From Asterias rubens (Eukaryota): a stretch of DNA of 64,000 bases. Below, in pieces: positions 1 through 12,593 of the stretch (the first letter of the stretch is position 1; each line of letters opens with the position of its first letter). Made by a program: the position numbers and the translations under genes. The DNA is taken from contig NC_047071.1 in assembly GCF_902459465.1 (NCBI RefSeq), forward strand, positions 3,100,001-3,164,000. Direction: 5' to 3'. A model generated the notes under the pieces. It saw nothing but the letters and a program-made list of their open reading frames with translations. It did not search any database and was not told the origin of the DNA.

Positions 1-491
1 ATGATATGCAACAATGAGATGGATTCGAAAGTGATTCAATTCATATTTTCCAATTCAAGTCAACATTTATTTCATCCTACTCCTCTTAAAGTATAGCATG
101 ATATGCTAGATAAGGAAAACTATAAGCACAGAAGATGAAGGCGAAACAGTTAGACCAAAATAAAGAGATTATGCCACATTATGGGAGTAGATAAATTTAT
201 TTATTTGTATTGTAAAGCGCATTGAGAGAACTTACTTGCAGTACTGAATTACTCTATATAAATATTTCTTGTTATTTTAAATAATTTGCAAGTTAGATTA
301 CTTAATGATGTAATCATGATAATAAATGCATTTGAATTATTTGTATGAAATTGTTTCTCAAACACGGTGTACACAGTTTTTGGTATGAGAATTATATGAT
401 GTACATGTAATTGCAGACCAAACCTGGTATGAGCATACAAGGTTGGCTAGTGTATGTATTTGGTCAAAAAGCACTTTTGAAAATGCACCAT

Positions 492-658
492 ATGGACCTT
501 TTCGAAACCATGGCTTAGGCTTGGGCTTGGGGCTTTGGCTTCGTCAGCTAAATAACAGATGTATGCTTTCCTTACGGAATTTCAAGTGCGCAGACGGGAA
601 ACCAAGCTGAAGTTCAAGCCGAAGCTCAAGCCCAAGCCGTGCTTACGAAGACGGTATA
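492..658. mobile_element. MITE with imperfect terminal inverted repeats, in a TSP intron
   Basis: The 5' arm accttttcgaaaccatggcttaggcttgggctt pairs with the 3' arm aagctcaagcccaagccgtgcttacgaagacggt. Confidence 0.6.
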
Positions 659-678
659 CAAATTGAATATATTCTTAC

Positions 679-3600
679 TTGGATTAACGGTGTTGCACAT
701 TGCACAGTTTTGCATCACTGCACGAAGTCGTGTGATTTCCTTGGTCTTGAAATAAAAAGTAAAGGGTATATAAATTAAATTCAACATTTGAGTTAACATT
801 TAAAATGGTATACTACACTAAAGTCAAGTTGTGATCAGTCATTGACCATGAAGATGGAGACAAAATATCAATTGTAGCAAGAAAAAATGACAAACACATT
901 GTTAGTTACCTGTTCGGTCAGTTCATTTTTTAACACGTAGATGGAGTCAACCAAGGAGTTCAAGGCGTCCATTAAAACTACTGAGTCAGAAACTGCAAGC
1001 AAGAACAAATACAATATAAATATAAACTCAGGAGCCACATTTCAGTTACCTATTTAAACTGTAAAAACTCCCGGTCAGAATTGACCCGGATCAAAATCCC
1101 AGGAAAACTGACCCGTATATGGGTAAGACTGACCTCAAAAAGAGTTTTAAAGGGTTTAAGCTCGGATTCTGCTTCAGTTTTAGCCATCTCTTGACACAAA
1201 TTCTGGGTCACTGGGTCACATTGACCCAGAAACGAGTCAGGCTCCTCCTGTAACCCGAAAACGGGTCAATTGTGATTCTGGAGTTTTCAGTGGCATTTAC
1301 TTCTGAAAACTACTTATTTATTAAAATGTATGTAAGTTAATATGATTGCTGAGTTTATCTCAATCAACAAAAACATTGAGAATTGTTGCTATATACAAAT
1401 ACAATTTTAATGATAACTTAGCTCAATCCAGAATACTTCCAGAAAACTTTTCCAGAAAAAAATAATATATCAGAGTATATTCTGGGTCACTGCTTACCGG
1501 TATCTCTCTCCCGTTCATCCAGCGGCTGGCATCCCATGGAGCCCAGAGCTTCGCCAATTGAGCTTCCAAACAGGAACTTCACACCCTGGACCGAACCCTA
1601 ATTGGAACGTTTAAAGTAGGGAAACAGAGTTGGTTTTGGGAAAAGTAAATTTATCTCAAACCCTCCAATAAATACACAGATCAACAAACATTTTAAATAA
1701 TCAGCAGGCTGTGTAATCAATGTTTTCGAAGAAAAAGAAGAAGAAGAAGAAGAGGAAGAACAACAACAACAACAACAAAAGCGAAAGAATTTCTAATATT
1801 TGTGGTGAATTTTAGTGATGTTCGTAAAAATGTACTAATTTTGATTTGGAAAAAGACAAACAAGTGAATGCTGGTTGATTTTATACAACGCAGTACTTCG
1901 CCTTTAGTCATTAATTCATGACGATCTTGAGAAACACAAAGCTAGTCTCCAGATTGTTAAATACTTCATTTTTTGAAGATCATTTCCCAAACCATAATCG
2001 TGCCTTTAAGTATAAACCATTATACCAGATACAAATTAGGCTTCGGAAAACCATCTCGTCTTATTATAGAAAAGCTTAATAAATGATTTGATGCGACTGA
2101 ACAGATGCGCTTTGCAGTGTAATTGGTCATTGGAGTTAGGAATGTTTCTTGCAGTAAAGGAATAATAAGTAAAGGGCAATCCCACATATAGCGTAGGCTC
2201 CTACTGTAAACTCACAGTAACTTGTTTGTTTGTCGATAGACGTATTTCAAGCCGGGATATGCCTTTCAGATGACTTTATCGTAAAGGAAATTCAATTTAC
2301 GTCTAGAAATGTTGACTTATTGAAGGAACTTGTGTTCGACATTGCTTGGCCGGTCAGTCTAAAACAGGCATTATAACTAGGTTAACCCTGTGTAAAGAAC
2401 CCTGTCTTCTAAAACAAGTATGCATATTGATATCGCCACACCAAAAAGGGCCAGACTATTTTTCAGTTTGGCTGTAATGGTATAAAAGGTTAGTTACGGG
2501 AGCTTCCGGGTCAGAATTGACCCTGATTCAAGTTTTGTGGGACCTGACCTACTTCCTAGTCAGTTTGACTAAGAGTCTGATGACTTTACTACAATAAAGG
2601 TAGTTGGGAGGCTTCAACAAGTATTTTACACTATACAAATTTTCTAGTCAAAATTTACCCTGATCCGGACGCAAATTCCGGGTAAACTTTGACCCAGAAG
2701 TTTTTAGAGTACAGAAGACATTCGACAAGGAACGTTTCAGTAAAACAAATTATATTTTTCCTGCCAAGAATTGGGAAATAGATATTTTGATATATTTTAT
2801 TTCATGGAGATTGCATAGAACTATAGGCCTAGTTGCCTGTAAATTTGCCAAGACAAAAGTGGAAATATACATGTTGATGTGTTTTATATTGTGGCGATTG
2901 CATTGGAGTTACCTGTAAATATTGGTATCTGTCCCTTAAAAGGTGAAGGGGAAAGAGGGAAATATATCAAACGTACTTGCAGTGGTTTCGGTGATGTGAC
3001 GAGACCGCCTTGTCCTACCGTCATCTTGGCCAAGTTCAGGGCCTTCTTGTTGAAGGTCTTCCCCAGCCGTCCGGCCAGAGTCTGCGGTTTGCCAACCACG
3101 TCGCAATCCACGTACAAAGACATCTCGTTGTAGGGGTTTTTCAGTTCGTGAAAATGCAAAATGAAGGTGTGCCACTGACCGTCCGTTAACTTGACGTCAA
3201 GGAATTCCATTGTTCTGCTGTCTTCGCCTATCATGTAGCTGAAGGACACTGAAAAGTAAAAGGAATACAAAATGCTATAATCCACCTAAAGGGAAGATAT
3301 ACGTTTGGTAATCACTTTTAAAATAACTGCCAATAACAACTTTTGGTTAGAGACAGAGCAGCTTTTCGATAGTATAAAGCATTTCGAAAAAATATTTCGC
3401 TTCGAAGTAATGTGGGTTTGTACACAGATGTCAGCTTTTACTTCCCAAAATGTTGAATTTGAGAAGCGCTCCGGACGTGCGAAACGTCCATAACACACCT
3501 ACTATTTTCAGAGCCAAAACTTCTACACAATTTACGCATGGCTGTACCCTCAAAAACACTAGATACAGATTGAAAATCTTATCTTAACAAAAAGTCTTAC

Positions 3601-6600
3601 CTTTACCATTTGTAGTATCTCTCCCATCAAACATAACCTGGAAGTACGGATACCGGTTATTCAACGAGTACACACCGGTCAGAATGCTCTGAACGCCCGG
3701 TGTTAACATCACTCTAGCCACCAAGAAAATCTCCCCCTGGCTTCGGATTTCCCTGGCAAACGTCCTCAGATACACCTCGTCCGCAATGAGGGAGTTGTAC
3801 TGCAAATTGCCGTCGAACTCGTAGGTGTCACCGAAGAGAGTAGAACCCCGATCCACGACGGAAACCCCGGGGATTCGAAGGGTTTTGATGGGGAACATCT
3901 CGAGGAGGTTCATATCTGTGGAAGTAAATTTAGAAAAATTAATGATTTATAAAGGATTGTACAAGATTGGTAAAGATACAAAAAATACCATTGTTAAAAT
4001 TTTAGATATCAAATAATAAATCACAAATCCTTGTTTAATTTTGGCATGAAAGCTTTTGATTATGAAAATTATACTAGAACCATTTTGATAACCATTTTGA
4101 AAATGAAGTCATATTCGGAAAAACTGTACCTGAAAACTTGAACGAAAACAAAACCAACCTGATTTTGATTGTATACAACCACTGTACTATATGCTAAAAA
4201 ACTGTGCATGTTTTTTCACTACTTTCTCCAAGATTTACACATAATTGTTACGTATGGTTGATTATACAAACATGAACACTGGGTGCGATTATTTTGTCAG
4301 CTCTACCAATCCTGTGTTATACCTTTAGTGTCATTTTGAAGAGAACTGTGTGCAGACACGAAGGCAAAATAAAACACATGGTAAAAACAACAACCTATTA
4401 TAACCCAATTTGAAACCTTAATTTTACACCTTAAAGTCGCTTTTTTAGACCACATGAAAACACATTTCATGGTAAGTACCACAGTGCGTAGCCCTCATCC
4501 ACAGAGCTCCTTAAGGTAAGTTTAATAGACCGATACCCGCGCTACCCGCTGCTCCCCGTTAGACTTTCTTTGGCCTCGTGCCACAAGTCAAGCCCAGAGT
4601 CAAGGAAACAGTTTTGTATCTTCTCATTTGAGTTGCTCACGAGTTGCATTGTCCTTTTTCGCAGAACCATGTAAGTGCACACTGCTCAAAATGTCACTAG
4701 CTCATACTGAATCTTTCCAGAACGCACCGGTTCAAGTTGTCATCCGCACCCTAAATCAACTATAGTCCTAAATGTCCCAAACCAAACCAGCACGTGTTCC
4801 ATAGTTGTATTTGAAACAGAATTATAGACGTGTATATCCGTATCTGTAGCCGCCAATTTGGTCACGGTCTAAGTTGAGATGAAAACCAAGCAAATGCTTC
4901 ATTCTCACGAACAAATCAAAAAAGGTCTAGTGGTAGCACTTAAAGACTAACTAATACATCAAAACTAAGCTTTCGCATCAACAACTATCATAAAATGCAA
5001 GCACAATCAGATTTTGTATAATATGTGAAAACATGGTACGGATTTAGTATGTCTCCATGCAGTTCACTCTTCTTGCTCGTGGTTCATCCTTTTCACTTTC
5101 CTGTTATAGGCCCATATATACAGAATAAGGGTCCTGTAGAGGGCTATGTTTCTCAACTCCAATGGCCGAGTCTCCACAAATAAAAAGAACGAGGTCGAGT
5201 GCCAGCCATGCCGGTCATGGTACCCCGGTGTCCTTGAACGAGACACCCAGACGTAATTTGCTTTTCTTAAGCCACAGGTGTGTAAATGGGGGAGCTGTCA
5301 GGGTTCTAGGGGCGGTGCCGTGAACCTACGATTGAACTCGGGGCGTCGTCTAATGGAAGGTTGTGTATGCTCCACGGGGAGTCGAACAAGTCGAAGAATG
5401 GTCGAGAATTGGCAGACCTAGCGGTCGTAATAATGTGGACCAACGATGCTGTGTGTTATTTGTATAAAATCTAGACCGTGATTGTGTTCAAACGTGATAT
5501 TTTGTCAAATTTTAAAAATGACCGCCGGCTTAAAAATCGTTGCGAGCATTAGAATATAGACGATCAGAGCATACTGATCGAAACGTCGAGTTAATCCAAC
5601 GGTTCTTTTCAGAACCACCCCAACTCATTTAGAGATTGTTATTACATGGTGTTACCGCAAACTCTTCTATATCTTATTTCCACCATGCAAAGTTTCAAAT
5701 CCTACTCATTAGAATATAAATCGGGATGTTGAAGTTATAACTGTTGAATTGCAAGCTGTGTTTGATGTTTGTTTGTTTGTTCAAAATTATGGCTTCGTGT
5801 ATTCTATTGGGGTCGAGCCAAGGTGAACGATTGTCATCATTACTGAGGTGGGGGGGGGGGCAAGAGCAATTTTTTTAAAATTCGCAAGGCTTTCTCTATT
5901 TGATAAAATAGCGCATCACAAAACTTATATTATTTGAGCCCCTCTTTAAGCTGTTCTGTCGACACGTGTGCGCAGAATCAAAATACAAGATGCGCCCACC
6001 CAGGTGCCGAAAGTAGATCGCACAAGACGAGACCAGGGCCAAATTTCATAGAGCTACTAAGCACAAAGATTTGCTTAGCATGATTTTTCTTCCTTGATAA
6101 AAGCAGGATTACCAACCAAATTTCCACTTGTTGCACATTGTTTGTTACTTGTATTCAGCTGTTGTTTGATTATCCAGAAATCACCTGGAAAATAGGTTGG
6201 TAATCCGGTTTTTATCAATGAAAAAGAATTGCATGCTAAGCAAATTGTTGTGCTTAGCAGCTTTATAAAGTAGGAAACATCGCAAATATATTGAAGACAT
6301 GTCTAGGAACTGTGCACTATACTTTGTGCTATAAGTTCTTGTGAACATAAATAAAAGCCTGGTCATGGTTCAAATGAGATGTGAAATCGAATACGAAAGG
6401 TTAATATTGATCTAAAATTATAGCTGAGCAGTCTAGCCATAACAATTTATTCAATACTGGTTATGAGATCTTGCAGAAATTTTTTTCTAAAGTTGGCAGC
6501 AATGTACAGTAATGCAAACATGGGTTACTTCATCGACCAATGGAACAATGTACAACAATTAAGGTTAGGCTATACTTGCATTAAAGTAGATGCAAATAAA

Positions 6601-8927
6601 AACTCGGCACCACCACCATACACAATGATGTCGTAGCAATGATTGATGTTAAGTTTCTCAAACAGGAATAAGTAATTACGAGGCGCAGCCGACACAAAAA
6701 TGACGCCGTAGCAATGACTGATAAGTTTTTCAATAAGGAACAAGTAATTACCATCAAAAGGTTCTGTCTTAAGTGGTTCTATTTTGCAGTCGCTGCGAGG
6801 GTAACCATTGACCTATCTAATAAGTAATTAACAGGCGCAGCCAACATAAAAAATGACGTCTTATAAATGATGTTAAGTTTCTCAATAAGGAATAAGTAAA
6901 TACCATCAGGAAGGTTCTGTCTTAAGTGTTTCTTTTTTGCAGATGTCTGTGAGGGTTATCCTTGACCTATCTAAGACTCATAACTAATTAACTACCTTAG
7001 TCCTTAGCACTCTTAACAATCTGTTTGAGGTCTGTTGACTTTAATGATGAAATAATTTAGCAAGTTAAATGTCAATTTTCAAATGAATCTTACCTTGTGA
7101 TTATTATGGAAGTGCACGTATACCTTTGCACTATTAGGTTTTATAAATGGATAATACCAACATACCAATAACTATTGGGTATTTTAACTTTGGTATTGAT
7201 TTGAATTATAAAAGCTGTCAATATAGGTCATCAAAGATTTGATATTATTTTTTGTAAACATTTTGAACAATAGCATAGATAAACATTAACTGTAACTATA
7301 AATGGCGAAAGTAAACTTTCCACATAGAAGTGTCTGCAGTGACGCAGCGGGGTTCAGCCTTAAAAGGGCCATGTCACATAGTCTGTAGGGCAATTTTTTA
7401 GGCAACTTGACATAACCTGGCCCCAAATTCATAAAACTGCGTAAGCGAAAAAATGTTGGTCAAATGTACTCTTCCACGCAGGATACCAGTCATAGAAGGC
7501 ACATTATTTTTGGTGGTAACCTTTTTCTGCCGAGCACAATTTTATTATGCGTTGATACCTTTTCTGTATAGAGCTTTGAAATTGAACCAGTTGGAACAAC
7601 ACAGAACAAACCATTTGAGATAAACATAAATAGTTTTTGGAATGTTGAAAACCAATCGAAAATTAAATTATGTCACTTTGTAATGTTTTAGAAAAGTACT
7701 TGAAAAGTACTTGTAGCGTTTCAGCTCAAATAAGTAAAGTTTGTTTCCATACTTTAGCATGGTAACTCAAGACAATACAATTAATCTCATGTTTGTGTCC
7801 TACATTCAGTTCACGCAAACACATAATAAGATGTCTTCCAAAATCCAAGTGTATCAACAACATTTTTTAGCCTGCGAAATCCAACTAATAATTCCCCCAA
7901 ATTCGACGGAATTGGTCGAGGTTGCATGAGCATGCGGTGCCAAACCATCCCCCAGTAATCGCATCTGCCGTAACATCTCTGCCATTCTGTGAAGTCCAAC
8001 AAATGATAACGCGCACCCAAAATTAGAAACCATCCACTAACAAAGTTAGCAGCGTTTCTTATTATACATCTTCACACATCAATAAAACTTTCCAACATTG
8101 ATATCTATTTTTAAAGTAGATCGCCGCGTCTCCCGTCGAATGTTTCCGCTGGCGGAAATATTTCACGGTAGAAAATCCAATTACCCCTCAGCAGTAGACC
8201 GCATTTTTAGTAAGGAGTAAAATGAATGCTATTCGTCTGTTAATAATATATAGTCTAAGGTCTGGTGTGAGTGAGTGGAACAGACAAGGTATTTTTTACA
8301 GCCAATTGTTGCAACAAGAAATCAAGCAATCGGAAGAGATTTGCGGGAATTGTGAGTGATGCCTGCGGAGGGATGGTATATAGAGAGACACCGGCGACCG
8401 CCAAGCAGCAAAGTGCGTCTGGAATGGGGAACCGACGCACAGGCGCGCCAGATACCCCACTGCTGTTGGCAGATTCACCCGGACTATTCCTGGATCCCCG
8501 TTAAATTCCATGAATATCTGACCCTAAAATAATGAATTCATGTTATTTCTATAACTGGTTAGTCGTTTCAGTTTGTTTCAGTTTAATTTTTTATTTAAAT
8601 TGCAAAGACATTGCAAGAGAAATACTTTGTTCTCGTCAATGCATTCCAAAAAGCTACACAATTACTGCATGTATTGTTCAAGAAATTTGATATCCCAAAA
8701 GAAATTTGGAGGCAAAACACCTCAAAGTGAAGATTTAACTCTATACAGCATTAATTTAAACTTCGACCATAGACAAAGCATGATATACATTTCCAACATT
8801 TCAACACAGTTTACCATAAAATTAAATTTCAACACTTACCTCCATTTTTCGCATCGACTACATCCACAGTAAAAAGACAAACGACGCTCAACGCAACAAC
8901 CGTCAGCGGAGTCCACATTCGCCCCAT
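679..8927 (-). CDS. THBS3/4-like: Thrombospondin subgroup B (pentameric; THBS3/THBS4/COMP co-orthologue), 5' part only; gene continues beyond the left edge
   Basis: Phase-consistent GT-AG exons 8927-8840, 3915-3601, 3248-2977, 1597-1498, 992-910 and 745-679. They give signal peptide MGRMWTPLTVVALSVVCLFTVDVVDA, then a LamG/TSPN domain (DMNLLEMF...DGQWHTFILHF...LYVDC...GSVQGVKFLFGSSIGEALGSMGC, cf. TSP GVLQNVRFVFG...KGC). A coiled coil follows: LMDALNSLVDSIYVLKNELTEQTKEITRLRAVMQNCAMC, cf. COMP QQVKEITFLKNTVMECDAC. The EGF/type-3 exons were not found in the window. Confidence 0.92.
1057..1293. mobile_element. MITE built from GGGTCA/TGACCC subrepeats (related copies at about 2500-2712 and 13860-13990)
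   Basis: TIRs actgtaaaaactcc ... ggagttttcagtg, with many internal tgaccc/gggtca half-units. Confidence 0.65.
1731..1779 (+). repeat. Compound (GAA)n(CAA)n microsatellite
   Basis: gaaaaagaagaagaagaagaagaggaagaacaacaacaacaacaacaaa, read directly. Confidence 0.9.
5150..5420 (+). mobile_element. Degenerate tRNA-derived SINE
   Basis: A-box-like tggccgagt and B-box-like ggtcgagtgcc, followed by gtgtccttgaacgagacac...ggtgtgtaaatggg, which resembles the conserved central domain of CORE/Meta-type SINEs. Confidence 0.5.
6034..6270. mobile_element. Harbinger-type MITE (related copies at about 7417-7590 and 54423-54620)
   Basis: TIR ggccaaatttcatagagctactaagcacaa ... ttgtgcttagcagctttataaag. The 54.4-kb copy is flanked by CAG on both sides. 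Confidence 0.6.
6622..6975. repeat. Degenerate tandem duplication (about 150-bp units) in a TSP intron
   Basis: Repeated aaaatgacg...aagtttctcaataaggaataagtaa.taccatca..aggttctgtcttaagtg..tct.ttttgcag...tgacctatctaa. Confidence 0.75.
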
Positions 8928-9441
8928 CTGCGAAGTCAAAATTTCAAAATTAGAAACGTGCATCAGAATTGTTATCAATGTCAACCAAAAACGTCAGCGG
9001 GACCGAAGATGTTGCTAGATTTGCTGATCTTGTCAAATTATAATGATTAAGTATAGGTTTGGGGTATCTTGGATTGAAACACATGAGAATGTGTGTTCCA
9101 ATTTGCGTTAACTTATCAGACAACGATACCTTAAAAGAGCAAGAACTCGTCTGAAACGTCTTCCTTCCTCCTGATGATGTACTCCAATTTGTTCTCAAAG
9201 CTGCAATCAACTGGTTGATTTTTTACATCCGAATTAGCATACAATAGGTTATACACAAAAAACGAGCTACGCCAAAAAGTGCCCTATGAGTATATGCGTG
9301 ATCAACTCCAATGGCAGATGAAGCTCCACTCGTCATGACATTCACTTCTAAACTGACGCAACTATCATATCCCTTCCAGCTAAATATACTACAGCGCCTG
9401 CCTTAGAGGTCACGATGTGTAGCTATACGGCAAGCCCTTAC

Positions 9442-9640
9442 CTTTGCCTGCCTTAATACCAGTCGGGTATCCATGGGGTGGAAATATTCTGGTCAGAGTT
9501 GAAGAAGCCTGAAGAACTTGAGGCTCGCGTGTCTCCGCATCCGATGCATACCAGCACCACAGGGTGGCTCCTGAAGGGGGTTGAAAGGCTCTGTATAGAT
9601 GATACTGCTTTACTTGGCATGGGTCGTCAAAACTACACAT
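9442..9640 (-). other. Probable 5' (largely non-coding) exon of the thrombospondin gene
   Basis: The TSP ATG (8927) sits directly after an acceptor (ttttgacttcgcag|ATG), which suggests an upstream exon. A strong donor ggcaaag|gtaagg lies at 9442/9441 at the end of a GC-richer block. The 5' boundary is approximate. Confidence 0.55.
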
Positions 9641-10260
9641 ACACGATTATATCGAATGGCAAAAATTGCCAAACAGGCAATTTGGGGAGAAATTTTTGGA
9701 ATGGCAAACATTTTCGTCCCAAGTTTGTCTCTTTTGTATGTCTTAATGGTTTGAGTTTCGGAAATACAAATGGCATACCATGATTTTGGGTTGGTATCAC
9801 TGCCAAAACTTGGGGGTGTTGAATTGACTATCTTGGTATCTATAGTTCGACATGATATACATTGTGTTCTTTATCCCTATAAGTTTATTGTTTGTGAAAT
9901 TAACACTGTGGGATACCAAGAAATACATAGAGCTTGGCGGGATGTTCAAACGGCGTCACATGGAAACGTACGAATTTTGTTAAACCGTTTCAGCCGATTC
10001 TTATTATCGATATTTCGTTGATCTTTTTTATCGACTATTCTACCTTTTTAGTGATACTATAGCGTGCTTTCGAAAGACCACGGTAGGGACACCAGACGGT
10101 AGACAAATTCTAAGCGTGTTTTTTTTTCCCCAGGGAAGATGAGGTACAATAACAACGTGTGCCTTATGGAGGAAAACTCCATGGCCTTACCGTCCCAATC
10201 GAAAGACGGAGGACGCTACATGTTGTTAGCTCATGGAGATTGCATGGAGATGCAATACAA

Positions 10261-10820
10261 GTGCACTGGACTCAAGCTCTGGTGTTTCTGGTTAGCAAGG
10301 TGTGGGTACAAGTCGTGGTCATGACATTTCGTTGACCCAGAATCCAGGCGGGTCCTTTTGAATGTTCAAATGTTTCAGAATGCTGACACACCTCCAACCA
10401 AATAGTCATTTGAAATGACCCGGATTCTGGGTCATTTCAAATGACCCGGATTCCGGGTCACTTGAAATGACCCGGATTCCGGGGCAATTCAAATGACCCG
10501 GATTCCGGGTCGCTTGAAATGACCCGGATTCCGGGTCACTTGAAATGACCCGGATTCCGGGTCATTTAAAATGACCCGAATTCCGGTTCAATTCAAAGGA
10601 CCCGGATTCCGGGTCACTTGAAATGACCCGGATTCCCGGTCAATTGAAATGACCCGGATTCCAGGTCAAAACTTTTGATCATTCAAAAGGACTCAGCTTG
10701 TACCCACCTGGATTCTGGGTCAACAAAATGTCATGAGTAGGACTTGTACCCACATCTTGCTAACCAGAAACACCGGAGCTTAAGTCCGGTGTACATGACC
10801 ACTCGGCCACGATCGCCTCA
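10261..10820. repeat. Inverted duplication (arms about 10261-10373 and 10678-10820) enclosing a palindromic minisatellite
   Basis: The left arm ctggtgtttctggttagcaaggtgtgggtacaagtc...gttgacccagaatccagg...ccttttgaatg is the reverse complement of the right arm cattcaaaagg...cctggattctgggtcaac...gacttgtacccacatcttgctaaccagaaacaccgg. Confidence 0.9.
10412..10671. repeat. 26-bp self-complementary minisatellite, 10 units (2 more units at 10941-10992)
   Basis: Unit gaaatgacccggattccgggtcactt; the core tgacccgga-t-tccgggtca is a perfect palindrome. Confidence 0.95.
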
Positions 10821-12593
10821 AAATTGACACCTGCGTCCATCAGTTGTCTTATTAATTGTATAAGTTATTAGCTGATTTTTCTTTTTTTATTTTCCTACAA
10901 AAATCAGAATGCTAACACACCTCCAATCAAATAGTCATTTGAAATGACCCGGATTCCGGGTCACTTGAAATGACCCGGATTCCGGGTCACTTGAAATGTT
11001 CCCCTTTTTTGGCTTCATGTGTGTTTTTAACTGGTTGGCCTACCATTCTCAAATTCATTTTGAGAAACTGAAACACAACCATTTGAGCATTCGAAAGTAG
11101 GTCGAGTTGACCAAGCCTATATATGGTGTAAGGTCATAACATCTAAATGACATTAATTCCTTTTCTATGTCTAATCAATAAGCATATCGAACAAAACGAA
11201 ATGCGTATACAAACAGACCATGCAAGTCTCGCACATAATCGAAAATGTTATTGTTCCAATTTGGTCCAACATACATGCTTTAAATAGGAGGAAACAAACT
11301 CGCGCCAGACTTATTTGGTGCAAATAGAGGGTACCACAAGTTGAACCATCTGTAGTACGCCTATAGCTACAGGTGGACGATGTATACCTCTTTGACCCGT
11401 GAGAGACAGACAGGCTGGAGGTTCAAAGAGTGCAATATGAGCAAGCCATTGACGTCACAACGCATTGCTGTGTGTTTTGCTGTTGGTGCCTGCATCAGGT
11501 GGTATGTTATGTTCACAGGTGTGGTACCGTGGAATGTGGGGTTTCAGCTTTTCCCAATTTGCTTATTCGTTTTCGAATAAGGAATTGAAGCTGTCATAGC
11601 GTCCTGTCATGTATTCGTTGCAAAAACAAGAAACTGAGGATGTCACAACCACCAACAGTTTAGCTCTTACTAAGTGCACTCATATTATGTGGAAATGACA
11701 GGGCTAATATTCAAATAACACCATGTCATTATACCACTCTTTCCTGCAGCTGACAGCCACAACACCCTCCCCCCACAGCTCTCAATCTTTACTGAGTCCC
11801 AATGTCATTCCTGGCACACAAAATAATTAAAGAACCATTGCGACACTTCCGAAATATCAATAGTCAATACATCTGACGCATCATGTGAACTTTGTATACA
11901 AACTATTCCCAACAAATATACCATTTGTTATCCCCGTACCATTTCGGGATCGTAGCTAGCAAACTCAATTTCCGATTTCTATAATTGAGATTTCCAAAAA
12001 CTCAGTGATGAAATGAAAGTAATAAGATGTGATGCAAACTGGTGTCAAGCAGAGTTATTGGTAAACCACTAGTATTGCGGTTTACCGAGAACTATCTACT
12101 CCCGATATCACTGCCTTATACTGCATAAACAAACAGAGAATAAAACGAAGAAACCGAGAGTTTTTGTTTCAATTACCGCCCACATTGTCTAGACACTAAT
12201 GGTGACTGAAAATGCCTGTACTGTGCAAAATCCTCAGAACTTCTGCAGCCGATTTCACGAAACGCTATTGAGGTCCTATCTCGAGTTAGGACGAACTCGT
12301 CCTAAACTTAGGATGGGTTCAATGCGTCCTAACGTCTAGATTAGAACTTAACTTATCCTAACTCCTAAAATAAACACTTAGGAAGAGTTTGGTGGAATCT
12401 GTAGCTTGGAGTGTACAATTCCTGTACGTGTGGGTGGGTACAAAAGAAATTGGCAACCACAACTCTTGTTTTGACCACATAGCTCTACATGATGTCGAAG
12501 AGGTATGTTCTGATGTTGGGTTTGAAACAACAAGATCAAGGTGACCCAAGGATCGAAGAGGCGTCTATAGGTATGCCTATTTATAAGTAAAAG

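Noticed and set aside
239-256. Next thrombospondin exon before the donor-like gtaagt at 238
   Set aside because: The candidate acceptors give an immediate stop or an implausible 8-nt exon, with no EGF cysteine pattern.
3249-3285. ORF-track N-terminus MDYSILYSFYF of the 2884-3285 ORF
   Set aside because: It is the intronic polypyrimidine tract. Phase requires the acceptor at 3249/3248.
8302-8360. Plus-strand stretch translating QLLQQEIKQSEEICGNC, superficially like a TSP/COMP coiled coil
   Set aside because: It is antisense within TSP intron 1, closed by a stop, and has no partner exons. The real coiled coil is encoded at 992-679.
10412-10671. CRISPR-like appearance of the 26-bp palindromic repeats
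   Set aside because: The units are directly adjacent with no unique spacers, there are no cas genes, and the context is eukaryotic. It is a minisatellite.
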